NCBI GenBank assembly: GCA_030390025.1
Contig: CM059432.1
Location: 33,854,001-33,918,000 of the forward strand
DNA: 64,000 nucleotides
DNA from: Squalus acanthias
Lineage: Eukaryota
Direction: 5' to 3'
Part shown: piece after piece, positions 1 to 11,619 of the stretch
How the letters are laid out: the number at the start of each line of letters is the position of its first letter
Position numbering within the stretch: the first letter of the stretch is position 1
Notes under the pieces: generated by a model
The model's database searches: none
What the model was told of the DNA's origin: nothing
The model's input: only the letters and a program-made list of their open reading frames with translations
Program-made: the position numbers and the translations under genes

Positions 1-160
1 GGAGGGGGGTGGGAACAGTTAAAATGCCAGAGTAACAGTTAAGATTCAGCGAGTAATTCTCCCGCTCCATCCCCGATCTGTTACGATGGGTAATCTCTCT
101 ATCCCCTGATCTGAGAATGAATCTGAAAATTCCTCTTGAATCCCTGCTCTGTACTGGTAG

Positions 161-262
161 TAAAGAAAGAAAGACTTGCATTTATATAATGCCTTTCACG
201 ATCTCACGTTCCAAAGCGCTTTACAGCCAATCAAGTATTTTTGAAATGTAGTCACTGTTGCA
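161..262 (-). mobile_element. 3' fragment of Deu-domain tRNA SINE (SacSINE1-like)
   Basis: (AAAG)n-ACTTGCATTTATA...CCAAAGCGCTTTACAGCCAAT matches the tails of fuller copies in this window (e.g. 23880-24308). Confidence 0.75.
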
Positions 263-304
263 ACTGGCTTCAGTCTCTCCTGGACTTGTTATTACATTCA
301 ACAA

Positions 305-615
305 CAGCAGCAAGAGCAACAGCAACAACTTGCATTTATTTAGTAGCTTTAACATCGAAAAATGTGCCAAAGCATTTCACAGCGGCGTAATTAGAAGTAA
401 ACAGACGTCGTTTCAAAGAAGGAAACACTAGGAGGGGTGACCAAAAACCTAATCAAAGAGCTGCGTTTTAAGGAAGGTCTTACAGGAGGAGAGGCAGAGG
501 GGGTTGGGATGGAATTCCAGAGCCTGGGGTCTGGCTTAAGACTCGGCTGCCATTGGTGGGGTCAAGGGAAGATAGGGATGCAAAAAAAGCCAGAATCAGA
601 GGAATGGAGAGTCGG
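305..615 (-). mobile_element. L2-type LINE 3' end fragment
   Basis: (CAA)n-CTTGCATTTAT tail shared with the Deu SINE; homologous to 8341-8712; family assignment from memory. Confidence 0.6.
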
Positions 616-619
616 AGGG

Positions 620-1184
620 AGGGTGGGGGGCGGTGTAGTTCGCATAAAAATATCAGCAAGGGTTCCTACTCCTGAGACACCTCCTTAAATTGTGCATGGG
701 TGGATGTTGTTTTATAACATTTTTAAGTAAACATCAAGGCGCTTGGCAGAGGATGGCACCGGAGAGAAGGTGAAGGGATGTGTGAGCGAGACACAGCATG
801 GGAACTACCAGAGCTGGGTGTCACTGTAGGCCATGCTAGCTCGACTCACCGTCAAATACACTCAGAGAGAGGCCAGGTTATCAAGGTCAGAAGAACCGGC
901 TGTACATGACAGGTTTGACCTGGAGAGGAAACCAGCCTTGCTCCCTCGGCTCAGGCCTCAGGTTAAAATGGCAGATCGGGCCCTGATGATATAATCGAAG
1001 CCTGATCTGCATGGTTAAAGAGGACCCCGCCGGCTTGGGGTGAGTGTCCTTGCTGCCTGCAATTTAAAATTGCAGTTGGTCTGACCGGGGTGAGAAAGGA
1101 GAGGGTTAAGTCCTGCCGCCCCCAACCTCCCACCAGTCCATTTTAATTGGTGGAAACCAGGCAGGGGGAATTAAAATCGAGGCC
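620..1184. mobile_element. Truncated Harbinger-type MITE
   Basis: Ends AAAATCGAGGCC (reverse complement GGCCTCGATTTT, like the Harbinger TIRs in this window); internal part is homologous in inverted orientation to 11865-11970; left boundary uncertain. Confidence 0.5.
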
Positions 1185-1189
1185 TCTGG

Positions 1190-1415
1190 CTCTCTTTTTA
1201 TACATCTGACACTTTTGAAGTGTGACATCCAAAATGTGGCATTTGACCTGTGATGGACATGTGCTACACAAACTTTTATTCATATACATAGATTAATAAG
1301 AGCTCCCACTGTCCGGTGATTGAGCGTTGGGTTTTCAATCAGGGGATCCTAATTTAAATCTGGGTGGAGTGAGTCAGTACACGGACAGTGAGGGTTCAGT
1401 TCCCTCCATCCCATC
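1190..1415. other. Conserved non-coding segment, copy A of an inverted duplication
   Basis: 1274-1413 aligns ungapped to the reverse complement of 11621-11760 with 11 mismatches in 140 nt by manual count. Confidence 0.85.
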
Positions 1416-1565
1416 TGAGGTATGGTGTTGTAGTGGTTATGTTACTGGACTGGTAATTTTAGAGGCCGAGACTAATAATTCCAGGTGCTGTGAGTTCAAA
1501 TTCAATCATGGCTGTTTGAAAATTTGAATTCAGTTTAAAAAGCTGATTTCAGTAAAAGTGACACT

Positions 1566-2431
1566 GGCCGGAATTTTGCCGGCGCTCAGGGGACGGGTTT
1601 GGAGGCGGAACATCCGGCAAAATCGCAAAGATTGACAGCGGGTCAGAAACCCACTGTCAACCCGCCTCCAAACAATCTTCCCAAGTGTCGGGTCCCCGAT
1701 TTGCGCATGGACCCGACACCTAGCGGCAGGAAGAAGATTATAGGCACTTATCTGCTTGTTAACAGGCAGTTAAGAGGCTTTTTGCAATTTTGACAGGTCT
1801 ACTGCGGGCTTCCCAACGTCCGGACACCATGCCAGGTAAGTGTGGCGTGCTGTGGGTCTGCTGTAATGTTTCTGCATTGATGACAGCTGCATAAGTGGTG
1901 TGAAGGATCCAATGGTACACTGGTGAGTTTCAGAGGTAAGAAAATGTTGGGAAAATCACTTTTAATGCATTTACACTTTTCTGTAAGTGACAAGTTTTGG
2001 ATTGTGTGTGTAGTCTCACCTCATTGGGAGAACCTCTCTCACCAGTGACAGATTGCTTCTGTAACCTCACCTGCAGCTGCCATCTGTTCTAGCCTAAGGA
2101 GGGAGTCACTGGAGAGCCTGAGTTCAAGGGCTCACCTTTGTACAGTGATTGGCAGTGTTTGCAGCACCTCAGTGCTGTCAAACACTGAAAAATCAGCTGT
2201 CAAAAAAAATTGTGCGTGGCCCCTTTAAGAAAACCGGCAGATGACGCGTCATCAACTGACGTCATCTGACACCGGCTTCCTCTTAATTGACCGGCAAGCC
2301 CGCAGGATGGGCTTAACAAGGCCAATTGACGCAAAATTGTGTCTGTGCGTCTGATGTCGTTGGGGGTGGGACTGGAACCCGGAAGGCAGCTGTCCCGCCC
2401 CCAAGCCGCATCGACAGGAAAAATCATGGCC
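1566..2431. mobile_element. Non-autonomous PIF/Harbinger element (MITE, ~866 bp)
   Basis: Imperfect TIRs GGCCGGAATTTTGCC / GGAAAAATCATGGCC; subterminal regions resemble the two ends of the 2499-6766 element in opposite orientation; interrupts the SINE; TSD not clean. Confidence 0.8.
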
Positions 2432-2779
2432 CATGAAGCTGTTGATGTGTTGTAAAAACCCAACTGGTTCACTAATGTCCTTTAGGGAAGGAAACCTTGG
2501 GCTGGATTTTGTCATTGGGGGTGGGCTGGGGGCGTGTCAGGTGGTCGGCATGTCAGGACCCCGCCTCCGATATGAGGCGGGACAAAAGTGCGATTTTGCC
2601 CTAACTGGGAACTTGATTTCCAGCGTGTGGGAACCCCTGGCTCAATGAGTCTTTTGATACTGAAACTCACCTCCGATGATGTCATCGATGCAGCTGGATT
2701 TAAGGCCTGCAAGCAGCCTTGGTTCTTTTTCAGTCTTTCAACTTTATCATCATACTTCTGAGGGATTCCTACTGCAACT

Positions 2780-4755
2780 ATGTCCAGCACCAGACCAAAG
2801 TGTGCACCCCGATTCGATGAGGCCTCCCTCCAAGCTCTGGTGGAGGGAGCAAGAGCAAATAAGGAAGTGCTCTTTCCTTCTTCAGGGAGGAAAAAGCCTC
2901 CACAACAGACCAAAGCTGTGTGGCTGCAAGTGGCACAGGAGGTGAATGCGATTTCAATGTGCAGCAGAACCTGGCTGCAGTGTAGAAAGAGGTTTCATGA
3001 CCTTCTCCGCACAGGAAAAGTGAGTATTCCATCCCCATGACCCTCAATCTGATCCCCATCTCCTCTCATCACCAGCACTCTGCTTTGTCAACCTCCTCCT
3101 CCACATCCCACTTCACCCTTACATCCCTGCACCCGTACCCATGCCCTCTCTCTGTATGTTCACATTCACTTAACTATTCGACTGTGCAGCCCTCACACTC
3201 CCTATCACTGTGATGCTATGACAACAACTTAGAACACACAGGGAGGGCCCTTGGTCTTGGCACCTCACTCCATCTTTGTGTCCTTCTAAGCATCTATGCT
3301 GTGGATTCTCTACACTCACTCCTTCATTCTCACTCAAACTCCACTTGTGTCCCTCATTGCAGGAAAAGAGAGTCCACAATAAGAGGGAGAGGGCGAGGAC
3401 AGGCGGAGGGCCACCCTCAGTAGCCTAGCTCACCACTGCAGAGGAGGCGGTCCTGGAGATCGTGGGAGTGGAGGAGGATGCGCAAGTGGGGGACGGACAG
3501 ACGGGCGCATCACAGCAAGCTGGTGACAGAATAGTTTTGCATCTCTCTCATTGACATTGCATGAGTGACTGATATGGATTATGATGCTTCAATGTGCATG
3601 CAACGTTTATCTCACATGTCTAACTCTTTCCTTTACTTCCCCACAGGACCATAGACAGCCCCCCTCCCCACTGTCCAGGAGGAACAGCCTGAGCCAGAAG
3701 ACGCCTCAGAGGAAGCTGCAACCTCTGAGGGCACAGCGTCAGCAGAATTAAACGCACCCAGCACCAGCGCAGAAACTCACACCTCAGTGGGACCTTCATG
3801 AGATAGAGTAGTGTTGTCACCTGGTGTATCACAGCTCACAAGTGAGCATCAGCAGATGGTGGAGACAGGGACAGCAGTGGAGAGTCCTTGTCAGAGGGCG
3901 CAGGACTCTCCCAGCTCGGCTCAGCTGCATGTCGACCCTGTGCCTCCAGGTCCATCCAGAAGGAGAGCGGTGCTGGAACTCCAGGAACAGGTGCAGGAGT
4001 CTCTGGCAGGTTTTGTCTCCAGGGTCGCTGCGAGTGTGGAGCGAATGGAGGAGTCCATCGCGAACATGAGCAGAGCCTTTGTGGAGGCATTGGTGCATGA
4101 ATGCATCACCATGGAAAGGATGGCAGCCTCCGTGGAAAGGATGGCTACCTCTGTAGTAAGGCTGGCTATGGTAGAGGAGAGGATGGCTACGGTAGAGGAG
4201 AGGATGGCTACGGCCATGGAGGAGCTTAGTCGCCAGGGTCTTGAAAACATGGTCATTGTTCAGAATAGACTGACATCTCTTGAGGAGCGATGGTCAGCTA
4301 TTGAGCAGAGAAACCAGACTTTCATGGAAGTCCTCTGGAGTAGGACTTCCAGTGCAGAAACGGGTCCTCATGGCCCCCCTGAAATGCAGCAAGGTGCTGT
4401 CAAGCCACTTGCTAGCTCTGAAGTGGGGCTGACCCATGAGAGGGATGTTGGTGGCAGAGAACAAGGAAGTGGGGGCTCCTCTCCAAGCGCTCACACGACC
4501 ATGCCACTGCAGAGCCCTCGGTCAGAGCCCCACCAGAGTCCTCACCCAACTGAGATGGGCGTCTCAGCCTCTGCACAGCCACAGGAGCAGCAGGCTGTTG
4601 TCGAGCCCTCACAGGCTCGCAACCGCAGAGGACGTCCACCAAAGGTGTCAAGGCAGGAGCAGCAAGAAAGTGAGCAAGTGGCCTCCACATCTGCTGAAGC
4701 CACAGGGGAAGCACGATGTAGGAGCACGCGTAAGAGGAAGATAAATCACAAGTAG
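2780..4755 (+). pseudogene. Harbinger Myb/SANT-like DNA-binding protein, 3 exons (2780-3019, 3363-3522, 3647-4755), about 502 codons with 3 premature stops
   Basis: Exon 1 has PRF...L..LV......LF...W..VA.EVNA.....RTWLQCRKRFHDL; exon 2 has the RERARTGGGPP motif; GT-AG introns in compatible phases; stops at 3426-3428, 3652-3654 and 3799-3801; frame continues into ORF 3811-4755. Confidence 0.88.
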
Positions 4756-5013
4756 TCACAAGGGTAGTCACTTGGGTGTTCTGTTGTGTTTATTTTTGAA
4801 AAGCCATCCATGAATTGTGATGATAAAAAAATTTGATGGCAAACTGTTGAAGTTGTGGCCTGTGTCATTTCGCAAATGGGACTTCCACATTGAGGGCTTA
4901 AGGCGACTTGCAATTGTCAGTATGGTGGTCAGAGTGATAGGAATCCGTAGGTTCTTGTCCATTGTCGATGCTCTGTTAAGAAGGTGCGAGGCAAACATGT
5001 TTGATTGGGCAGG

Positions 5014-6236
5014 CTAAGCAAATCTGGCTAAGATGAGTGCGTCCCTTGCATCCCGGGCAGCAATGTGCTCGCGTGCTGCTGCCGCTGGTTGATGCGCCTC
5101 CGCAAGCTGTTCATTGTCGCTCTCCTCTTCCTCATTTGAGGAGGCTATGCGATCAGCCACTTGTACCTCAGCGAGCTGCAAGCCACGATGCTGTGCCATG
5201 TTGTGAAGTGCACAGCAGATCACGACGATTCTGGAGACCCTGGCTGCTGAGTACTGCAGGGCTCCACCTGATCTGTCTAGGCATCTGAATCGCATCTTCA
5301 GTAAGCCGATGATTTGCTCGAATATGGATCTGGTGGAAATGTGGCTGGAGTTGTAGCGCTCCTCAGCTTTGTTGGATGGGCTCCTCAACGACGTCATTAG
5401 CCACGTCTTCAGGGGATCGCCCTTGTCTCCAAGTAGCCATCCAAAAAGTTGGTCTGGCGGAATGAAGAGCGGAGGCACACTAGATTGGTGCAGGATGAAG
5501 GAGTCATGGCAACTGCCAGGGTACTTGGCGCAAACATGCAAATGTTCCTTCTTGTGGTCACACACCAGCTGCACGTTGAGGGAGTGGAAGCCCTTGCGGT
5601 TGACAAAAATACCTGGATTGTGATGGGGTGCCTTAAGGGCCACATGTGTGCAGTCAACGACACCCTGCACCCTTGGAAAGCCTGCCAGATTCACAAACCG
5701 AACCGCACACGCGGTTACACTTGCTCGATCCTTGGAGAAGTTGGTGTAATTGTGCGCGATGGCAAAGAGGCCATTGGTTACCTGCGTGATGCAAGTGTGT
5801 GCGGCCGCTGATGTCTGCTGTTGATTCCTGGAATGAGCCTGAAGCAAAAAAGTTGAGTGCGGTGGTGACTTTGACGGCCACTGGTAAGGGGTATCCACCC
5901 GCTCCTCTGGGCTCCAGGTCTTGCTGCAGCATTACGCAGATGTCACCCACTACCTCTCGCAAAAGTCTGAGCATCCTTTGGCACTGCTGCTCAGTCATGT
6001 TGAGGTAGCTCATCCTCTGTCTGTAAACCCTGTTTTGGGTGTATCTCCTGCAGCGACGTGCTTCCATGCGCTGGCGTCTTCTGGCCTGTGCAGCTTCAGG
6101 TGGGTGAGCAGCAGCTTGGCGCTCCTGTTGTTGCTCCTGCTGTTGGTGCTGCTGTTTTTCAGGGTTCTGCTGCTGCCGCAGGCTGGCCTTCATCCGAATC
6201 TGATGTCCAGGAGGAAAGGAAATAAATGGTTCCCAT
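5014..6236 (-). pseudogene. Harbinger (HARBI1-like) DDE transposase, frameshifted
   Basis: Motifs [86 protein letters not shown]-terminal part in ORF 5654-6193 and core in ORF 5014-5898, joined by a frameshift near 5805; start at 6236 is inferred and needs a second frameshift. Confidence 0.93.
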
Positions 6237-7149
6237 TCTTCTGGTATATACCTCAGTTGAGGAAGCGCTCAGTCAAGGTGGGGAGAGGGGTTTCACAGGA
6301 GGTCACACTGGAGGTGGGTCTCAGGCTCCAAACTTCCAAAACAATGAGTAGGCTTGCTAAAAGTTCCCCCAGACCTGAGACAACAAAGTTCTGCCACCTG
6401 CAAATGATCATTGCTGAAACCTCCTTTTTAATGGTGGAGCTGCAGCTGTTAGTAAGCAATCCACTTGTGAGGCCGCCAGGATTAACTGCCGTGTTCCAGA
6501 GGAGACGTGCAGCACGGGGGAAATGTGTTAAATTCAGAAAGGCCTCTCAAAATGGGATTATAGAGGCACTTAACTGGTTGTTAGGGGCCTTAAGGGCCTA
6601 TCCCGCCTCTTGGAGGCGGGCTGGAAATGGGTTCTGAAACCACAATTGTGGGAAAATTGATCAGAGGCAGGCTGGAGGTGGGATCGGATCCGCCTGCCAT
6701 TTCTTACGATTTTAACACCTCACACGCCTCCAAACCCGCCTCCTCGGGCCTGGCAAAATCGAGCCCCTACTGTTCTTACCTGGTCTGGCCTATATATGAC
6801 TCAAGTTCTACAGCAATGTTGTTGACTTTTCACAGGCCTCTGAAGTGGCCTAGCAAACTTCTCAGTTATATCAAATTGCTACCAAAGTTTTGAGAAGACC
6901 CACAACTTTCTCGGGGCAACTAGAGATGGGCAATAAATGCTGACCTTGCCAGCGATGCCCACATCCTGAGAATGATTAATAAAAGAAGAAGTTTGGATTT
7001 TGTGAGCCTGGAGGCTTCGAAGGGGCTTTTGCCTCATTGAATCAGATCACCAAGGTCTGTTTGTATTCAAGTTAGTGGGGAACATTGATTTAAACTTCAT
7101 ATGTGACCCTCTGCAGGTCCATTTTATTCACATATGCAGCCCACAATGA

Positions 7150-7560
7150 TTCAGTACACCTAAACTTCTGGAAAACCTTCGATAAAGGCAGTTGCACAAG
7201 CATAAAGCAATGGGCATTCTTGGCAAAGCTTGGAACTGAATAAAGAGAGAAAGAGCAGTAGACACTTCTTAGGTTAGTGATCTGGTGCTGGGAAGTGCCC
7301 AGGGATTGGTACAGGGTTTCTGCTCCGTGCAACCTGTAGGTATAACCTGGAATCAGAAACATAATCCAAGTTGCTCAAATTTGCTGATCGTACTAAACTG
7401 AAGGGGAATCGGCAGGTTTGATGAAGCAGTCAAGAAAGTACAAAAAGATCTAGACAAAATGTGTACAGATACGGAGGATGAATAAGTGCAAAGTGGGGTA
7501 CACTCATTGAGTCGTGTTGGCCTAGCTAGGGAAGAGATTGAAAGTGGTTTGTAAGTTGGC
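7150..7560 (+). mobile_element. Old, decayed CR1 LINE reverse-transcriptase fragment
   Basis: Remnants encoding NFWKTFDK (DFQKAFDK-like), VP.G and KFAD.TKL. Confidence 0.6.
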
Positions 7561-7675
7561 ACTCAATATGTTCAGTTATTGTGGAGCAGGAATCAACAAA
7601 GCAAACAAACTGCATAATTATATTACTGAACGGGTAGAGTATGAGTTTGATTGTCCTCTTCCCTCCAACAGTGTT

Positions 7676-8230
7676 GCCCTGGAATTTCCTGGGATGCTCC
7701 AAAATGATGAAACTGGCTCTTCACAGGCCCGCGTAAGATTGTTAATGAGGCGAAGGGGATGCCCCCACCCTGCTACCTCCATTTCCTCATTGGTTGCCCA
7801 TGGTTTTGTGGACTAAAGATAGTTGCAGAAAAAAGTCTTCACCGACTTTGAAGTTGGCCGAGGGTCTCGCTGCATGCAAGTGAGGGCCTCATTTAAATGT
7901 TAAAGTTTCAGCCCGATTGTGTCAGGAGGAGGCTCACCCAGTGTCAAATCCTCGGGCCTCTCTTGCCCCGGTCCTCTCCTACCCTCCCCACACAGGCATA
8001 TGTTTGGAATCCATTAACCCCGCCCCCCCCAGCACTTACCTTATGCCAGGGCCTGTTCCCTCAGGTTGTCAGCAGCGGGCGGCCCCCACCTCAATTCCCG
8101 CTCTCGCCCACTGGCCTTAACATCATTCCCATCGGCTTTGAGCGGGCCTTCATGTCCCGAGCTCTCCGTGTTTTCTGCCCGCTTCGAGGCTCGCGCGCAC
8201 CGTACCCACCTCCACTTTAAAATTGGGGCC
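7676..8230. mobile_element. Probable Harbinger-type MITE
   Basis: GC-rich block ending AAAATTGGGGCC and starting GCCCTGGAATTT; TIR match is weak. Confidence 0.4.
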
Positions 8231-8340
8231 ACTGAGTGGAATAGAAAAGGTTAATCAGGAGCACTATTTCAAATTAAATCATGACAGTGGCACAAGGAAA
8301 CAAAGGCAAGAATATTCAGGGCTAATGTCAGGAACCAATT

Positions 8341-8712
8341 GAACAACAACAACTTGCATTTATATAGCGCGTTTAACATAGTAAAACACCCCACAGTGCT
8401 TCACAGAAACGTAATCAGATCACAATTAACACCAAGCCAAAGAATGCAACGTTAGCATAGGTGACCAAAAGCTTAGTCAAAGAGGCAGGTTTTAAGGAGC
8501 GTCTTAAAGAAGGAGAGAGAGATGGAGAGGTTTAGTGAGGGGATTCTAGACCTTAGGGCCTTGGTGGCTGATGGCATGGCCATCAATGGTGGGGTGAAGG
8601 AAGCGTTCAAATGAACAAGAGGCTAGAGTTGGAGGAACGCAGAGTTCTCGGAGGGTTTTAGAGCTGGAGGAGGCTAGAGATAGGGAAGGGCGAGGTTGTG
8701 AAGGCACTTCAA
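8341..8712 (-). mobile_element. L2-type LINE 3' end
   Basis: (AAC)n-TTGCATTTATATAGCGC tail; homologous to 305-615. Confidence 0.65.
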
Positions 8713-9254
8713 GCTAAGTGATTAATAACCTGAATGGTCTCTGGGTAGGAGGAGAAGAGGCAAACATTTAAGGGGCAGTTGATGCTTTGGTGGGGTGGGA
8801 GACTGCAGCTTTCTATTAGATGGGTAGAATAGCGTCCCTCATATCTCTGAGAAAAAAACAATTCTTGGGTCTCTCACTGAATAGAGGTGCAAAATTTTTT
8901 AAAAACTGGTAAAACTCAACACTCTACAAGTTGATCCGTTTGGCCAAGCAAACAGTGGCGGCCAGACCAATATCTCTGGCTGTCAGAACAGGGCTGTGAA
9001 CCTCTTCATGTATCTGTATAACATCACTGAAATGAAAAGCAAAGCCAGACATAAAACTGCAAGAAGGCCTCGGAACACACACGTTAAGACCGGCCTGATG
9101 CTTATGACCGCAAGGATGTTCGGCCCGGCTGAGAGCCTTCTGCATCATGAACCTTTTTGTCCAGAGTCATGGATTAATTCACCAGCAGGACTGATCCAGC
9201 TCTTGCCAAGTGTTCCAAATTGCATTACTGAGGGAGCGTAAGAGGCACTGTCTT

Positions 9255-9385
9255 TTGGATGAGAGAAAAAATTTGCAGGACAATGGTTTAAGAGCAGGGG
9301 AATGAGACTAATTGATAGCTATTTCAAAGAGCCAACACAGGCACGATGGGCCAAATGGCCTTCTGTGCTCTATGACTCTATGAAT
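9255..9385 (+). mobile_element. CR1 LINE 3' terminus
   Basis: GATGGGCCAAATGGCC...CTCTATGACTCTATGA octamer-type tail. Confidence 0.65.
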
Positions 9386-9394
9386 GTCCCTGCC

Positions 9395-9530
9395 TCAATC
9401 CTTTGTCTGTGCCGCATTAGCTGATATCAGTTGCAGTGGTGGTAAGTAGAGGCGTTAAAATTGGCTTCAACGCTAGGGAGGGTAAAGAATTCAGCCAAGA
9501 CTTTTGCTTCTATTCACTATCCAGTGACAT
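9395..9530 (+). mobile_element. Ancient SINE fragment (LmeSINE1c-like, recalled from memory)
   Basis: GTCTGTGC...TTAGCTGATATCAG...GCTAGGGAGGG...TCAGCCA; related fragment at about 26060-26185. Confidence 0.4.
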
Positions 9531-9544
9531 TTAGTTCACTATCC

Positions 9545-9782
9545 AGTTGCAGCTGCACCCATCCAGGCAACTGGGGAGTATTCCATCACATTCCTGACTT
9601 GTGCCTTGTAGGTGGTAGAGAGTCTTTGGGGAGTCAGGAAGTGAGCCACTCACCACAGAATAGCCAGTCTCTGACCTGCTCTAATAACCACAGTATTTAT
9701 GTGGCTGTTGAGTTTCTGGTCAATGGTGGCCCCCAGCATGTTGATGGTGGGGGATTTGCCGATGTTAATGCCATTGAATGTA
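9545..9782 (-). mobile_element. HER1-like CR1 LINE fragment
   Basis: Reverse complement matches about 14855-15095. Confidence 0.8.
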
Positions 9783-10129
9783 GAACTGTATCCAGGGACA
9801 GTCAGTGCCTTTGGAATATCCTAGACAGGACACTGAGTCAATCAGAATAACCGAGAAGGATCTCTTCTAATAGTTCTCTCTAATTCTTTCCTGACTGGTC
9901 CTTCTAGCCCATGCATCTCTTTGGAGCTGAAAGAGTGACTAGGTGATCTTCACCCAGCCCTCTGGTATTTTCATTGCAACAGTGCAAGCCATGAAAAAGC
10001 ATCTTGGAAATAGGTCCCGCAGGGATTTTTTTTCCTTCCCTGTCATCTTCACATAGCAACACGTCTAAGATTGGGAACTCTGCAAATGGTAGCTTTGTTG
10101 AATCCAGCCACTGGGCTGGAAAGTTATAC

Positions 10130-10690
10130 CTTCAAGCCTCACTCCAGAACATCAACACATAATCTAGCCTCCAACGCAGTATTGATGGAGTATTGCATTC
10201 TCTGAGGTATCATCCTTCAAATTCAAAGAAGAGCAAGGTATTATCCTGGTGTCCTGACCAACATTCCTCCCTCAATAGAAAGAAATGAAAAAACTTGTAT
10301 TTATATAGCAGCTTTAGCAACCTCAGGACATCCCAAAGTACTTTACAGCCAATGAAGATACTTTTGAAGTGTTGTCACTGTTGTCTTGTAGGAAACGTGG
10401 CATCCAATTTCTGCACAACTAGGCCCCACAAACAGTAATAAGATAATGGCCAAATAATCTGTTTTCGTGACGTTGGTTAAGGAATAAATATTAGCCAGGA
10501 TATCGGGGAAAGCTCCCCTGATCTTCTTTGAAATAGTGCCATGGGATCTTTTACGTCCACCTGAGAGGGCAGATGGGGCCTTGGTTTCACATCTTATCCT
10601 AAAGATGACACCTCCGATTAAATTATCAGCAGCCTAGATTATGTGCTCAAGTCCTGGAGCGGGACTTGAACCCACAACCTTCTGACTTCA
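10130..10690. mobile_element. Two Deu-domain SINE copies tail-to-tail (10130-10275 + partial; 10276-10690 -)
   Basis: Deu core GTGCCATGGGATCTTTTACGTCCACCTGAG; B box on the minus strand near 10665-10680. Confidence 0.8.
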
Positions 10691-11194
10691 GAAGTCTTCT
10701 TCATGGAATGGGTGAAATCAGACCTACATGCCACCACTTGGTGGCACTATTCTACTATTTATTGAAAGTGGCAAACCCGATTTGAGTTATCTCACAGGGT
10801 TGGGTCAGTGATGTTATGAAGTAACTGAAGCAATCCCATTACAAATGAACGTAAAATAATCTTGGGGAAATGAGTAGCTTTGCTTTGCACGGTTAAAAAT
10901 TCAGAGGAACGTAAGACCAGAGGATCTGAGAAGGAACGTCAATTGGGAACATCATAAAACATCTGATGGGAAAGTGTGAAGTTCTGGTTCATGAAGGTTT
11001 GACAGCATTTGATTGAATGACTTGAGTGACCAACAAGGACAATTCTAGAACTTCTGAAGGAGTGAGTCTAAAATATTATCTAGGGGAGCCAAGATCAGGG
11101 ACTGGAGCAGACCTGCCCATTAAGGCTTAGGATTCTTGATGAAACTCCAGCATCAATAAAAAACAACTTTCTTGAGACATCTGAATTAAGATTT

Positions 11195-11600
11195 AAGAAT
11201 TCTTTCTCAGAATGTGGATGTCGCTGCCCATTGCTAGCTGCCCTGAGAAGGCAGTGATCGGCCTTCGTCTTAAGCGGTTTGTTACAACTGAGAGGCTTGT
11301 TGGTCCACTTCAGAAGGCAGTTAAGTCTACAACGTTGGTGTAGGACTGGAGTCACATGTAGGCCAGACCGGGTAAGGAGAGCAGGTTTCCCTTCTCTAAA
11401 GGGCGTCAGTGAACCAGTTGGATTTTTATGACAATCTGACAGCTTCATGGACACTTTTACTGATACCAACTTTTTAAAACTGAATTCAAATTTTCAAACT
11501 AGCCATGGTGGCATTTGAACTCACAATTTCTGGATTAATTAGTCCAGGCCTCCAGTTTACTAATACCAGTAACATAACTACTTCACCACGGTACCTCACA
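11195..11600 (-). mobile_element. HE1-like SINE, uninterrupted
   Basis: Collinear with the joined pieces of 1417-6985. Confidence 0.85.
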
Positions 11601-11619
11601 TGCACTCTGCCGGACACAG

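Larger units (their letters stand above)
2499..6766. mobile_element. PIF/Harbinger DNA transposon, full-length, inactivated
   Basis: TIRs GGGCTGGATTTTGTCA / TGGCAAAATCGAGCCC (14/16 match); 3-bp flanks CTT/CTA; convergent Myb/SANT and DDE transposase genes; SINE sequence resumes at 6767. Confidence 0.95.
1417..6985 (+). mobile_element. HE1-like SINE split into three pieces (about 1417-1564, 2432-2498, 6767-6985) by two Harbinger insertions
   Basis: The joined pieces are collinear with the uninterrupted copy at 11195-11600(-); tRNA-like head (GAGTTCAAAT); 3' tail GGCAATAAATGCTGACCTTGCCAGCGATGCCCACATCC shared with the HER1-like LINE end near 15500-15560. Confidence 0.85.

Noticed and set aside
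5014..6236. Domesticated host gene HARBI1
   Set aside because: Frameshifted, inside TIRs with a Myb partner and inserted in a SINE, so it is a transposon copy
5921..6637. 238-aa plus-strand ORF and other short ORFs overlapping the Harbinger genes
   Set aside because: Antisense or alternative-frame shadows of GC-rich coding sequence with no recognisable motif
8924..9030. Possible minus-strand host exon after a TTTTCATTTCAG acceptor
   Set aside because: No recognisable protein in any frame and no partner exons
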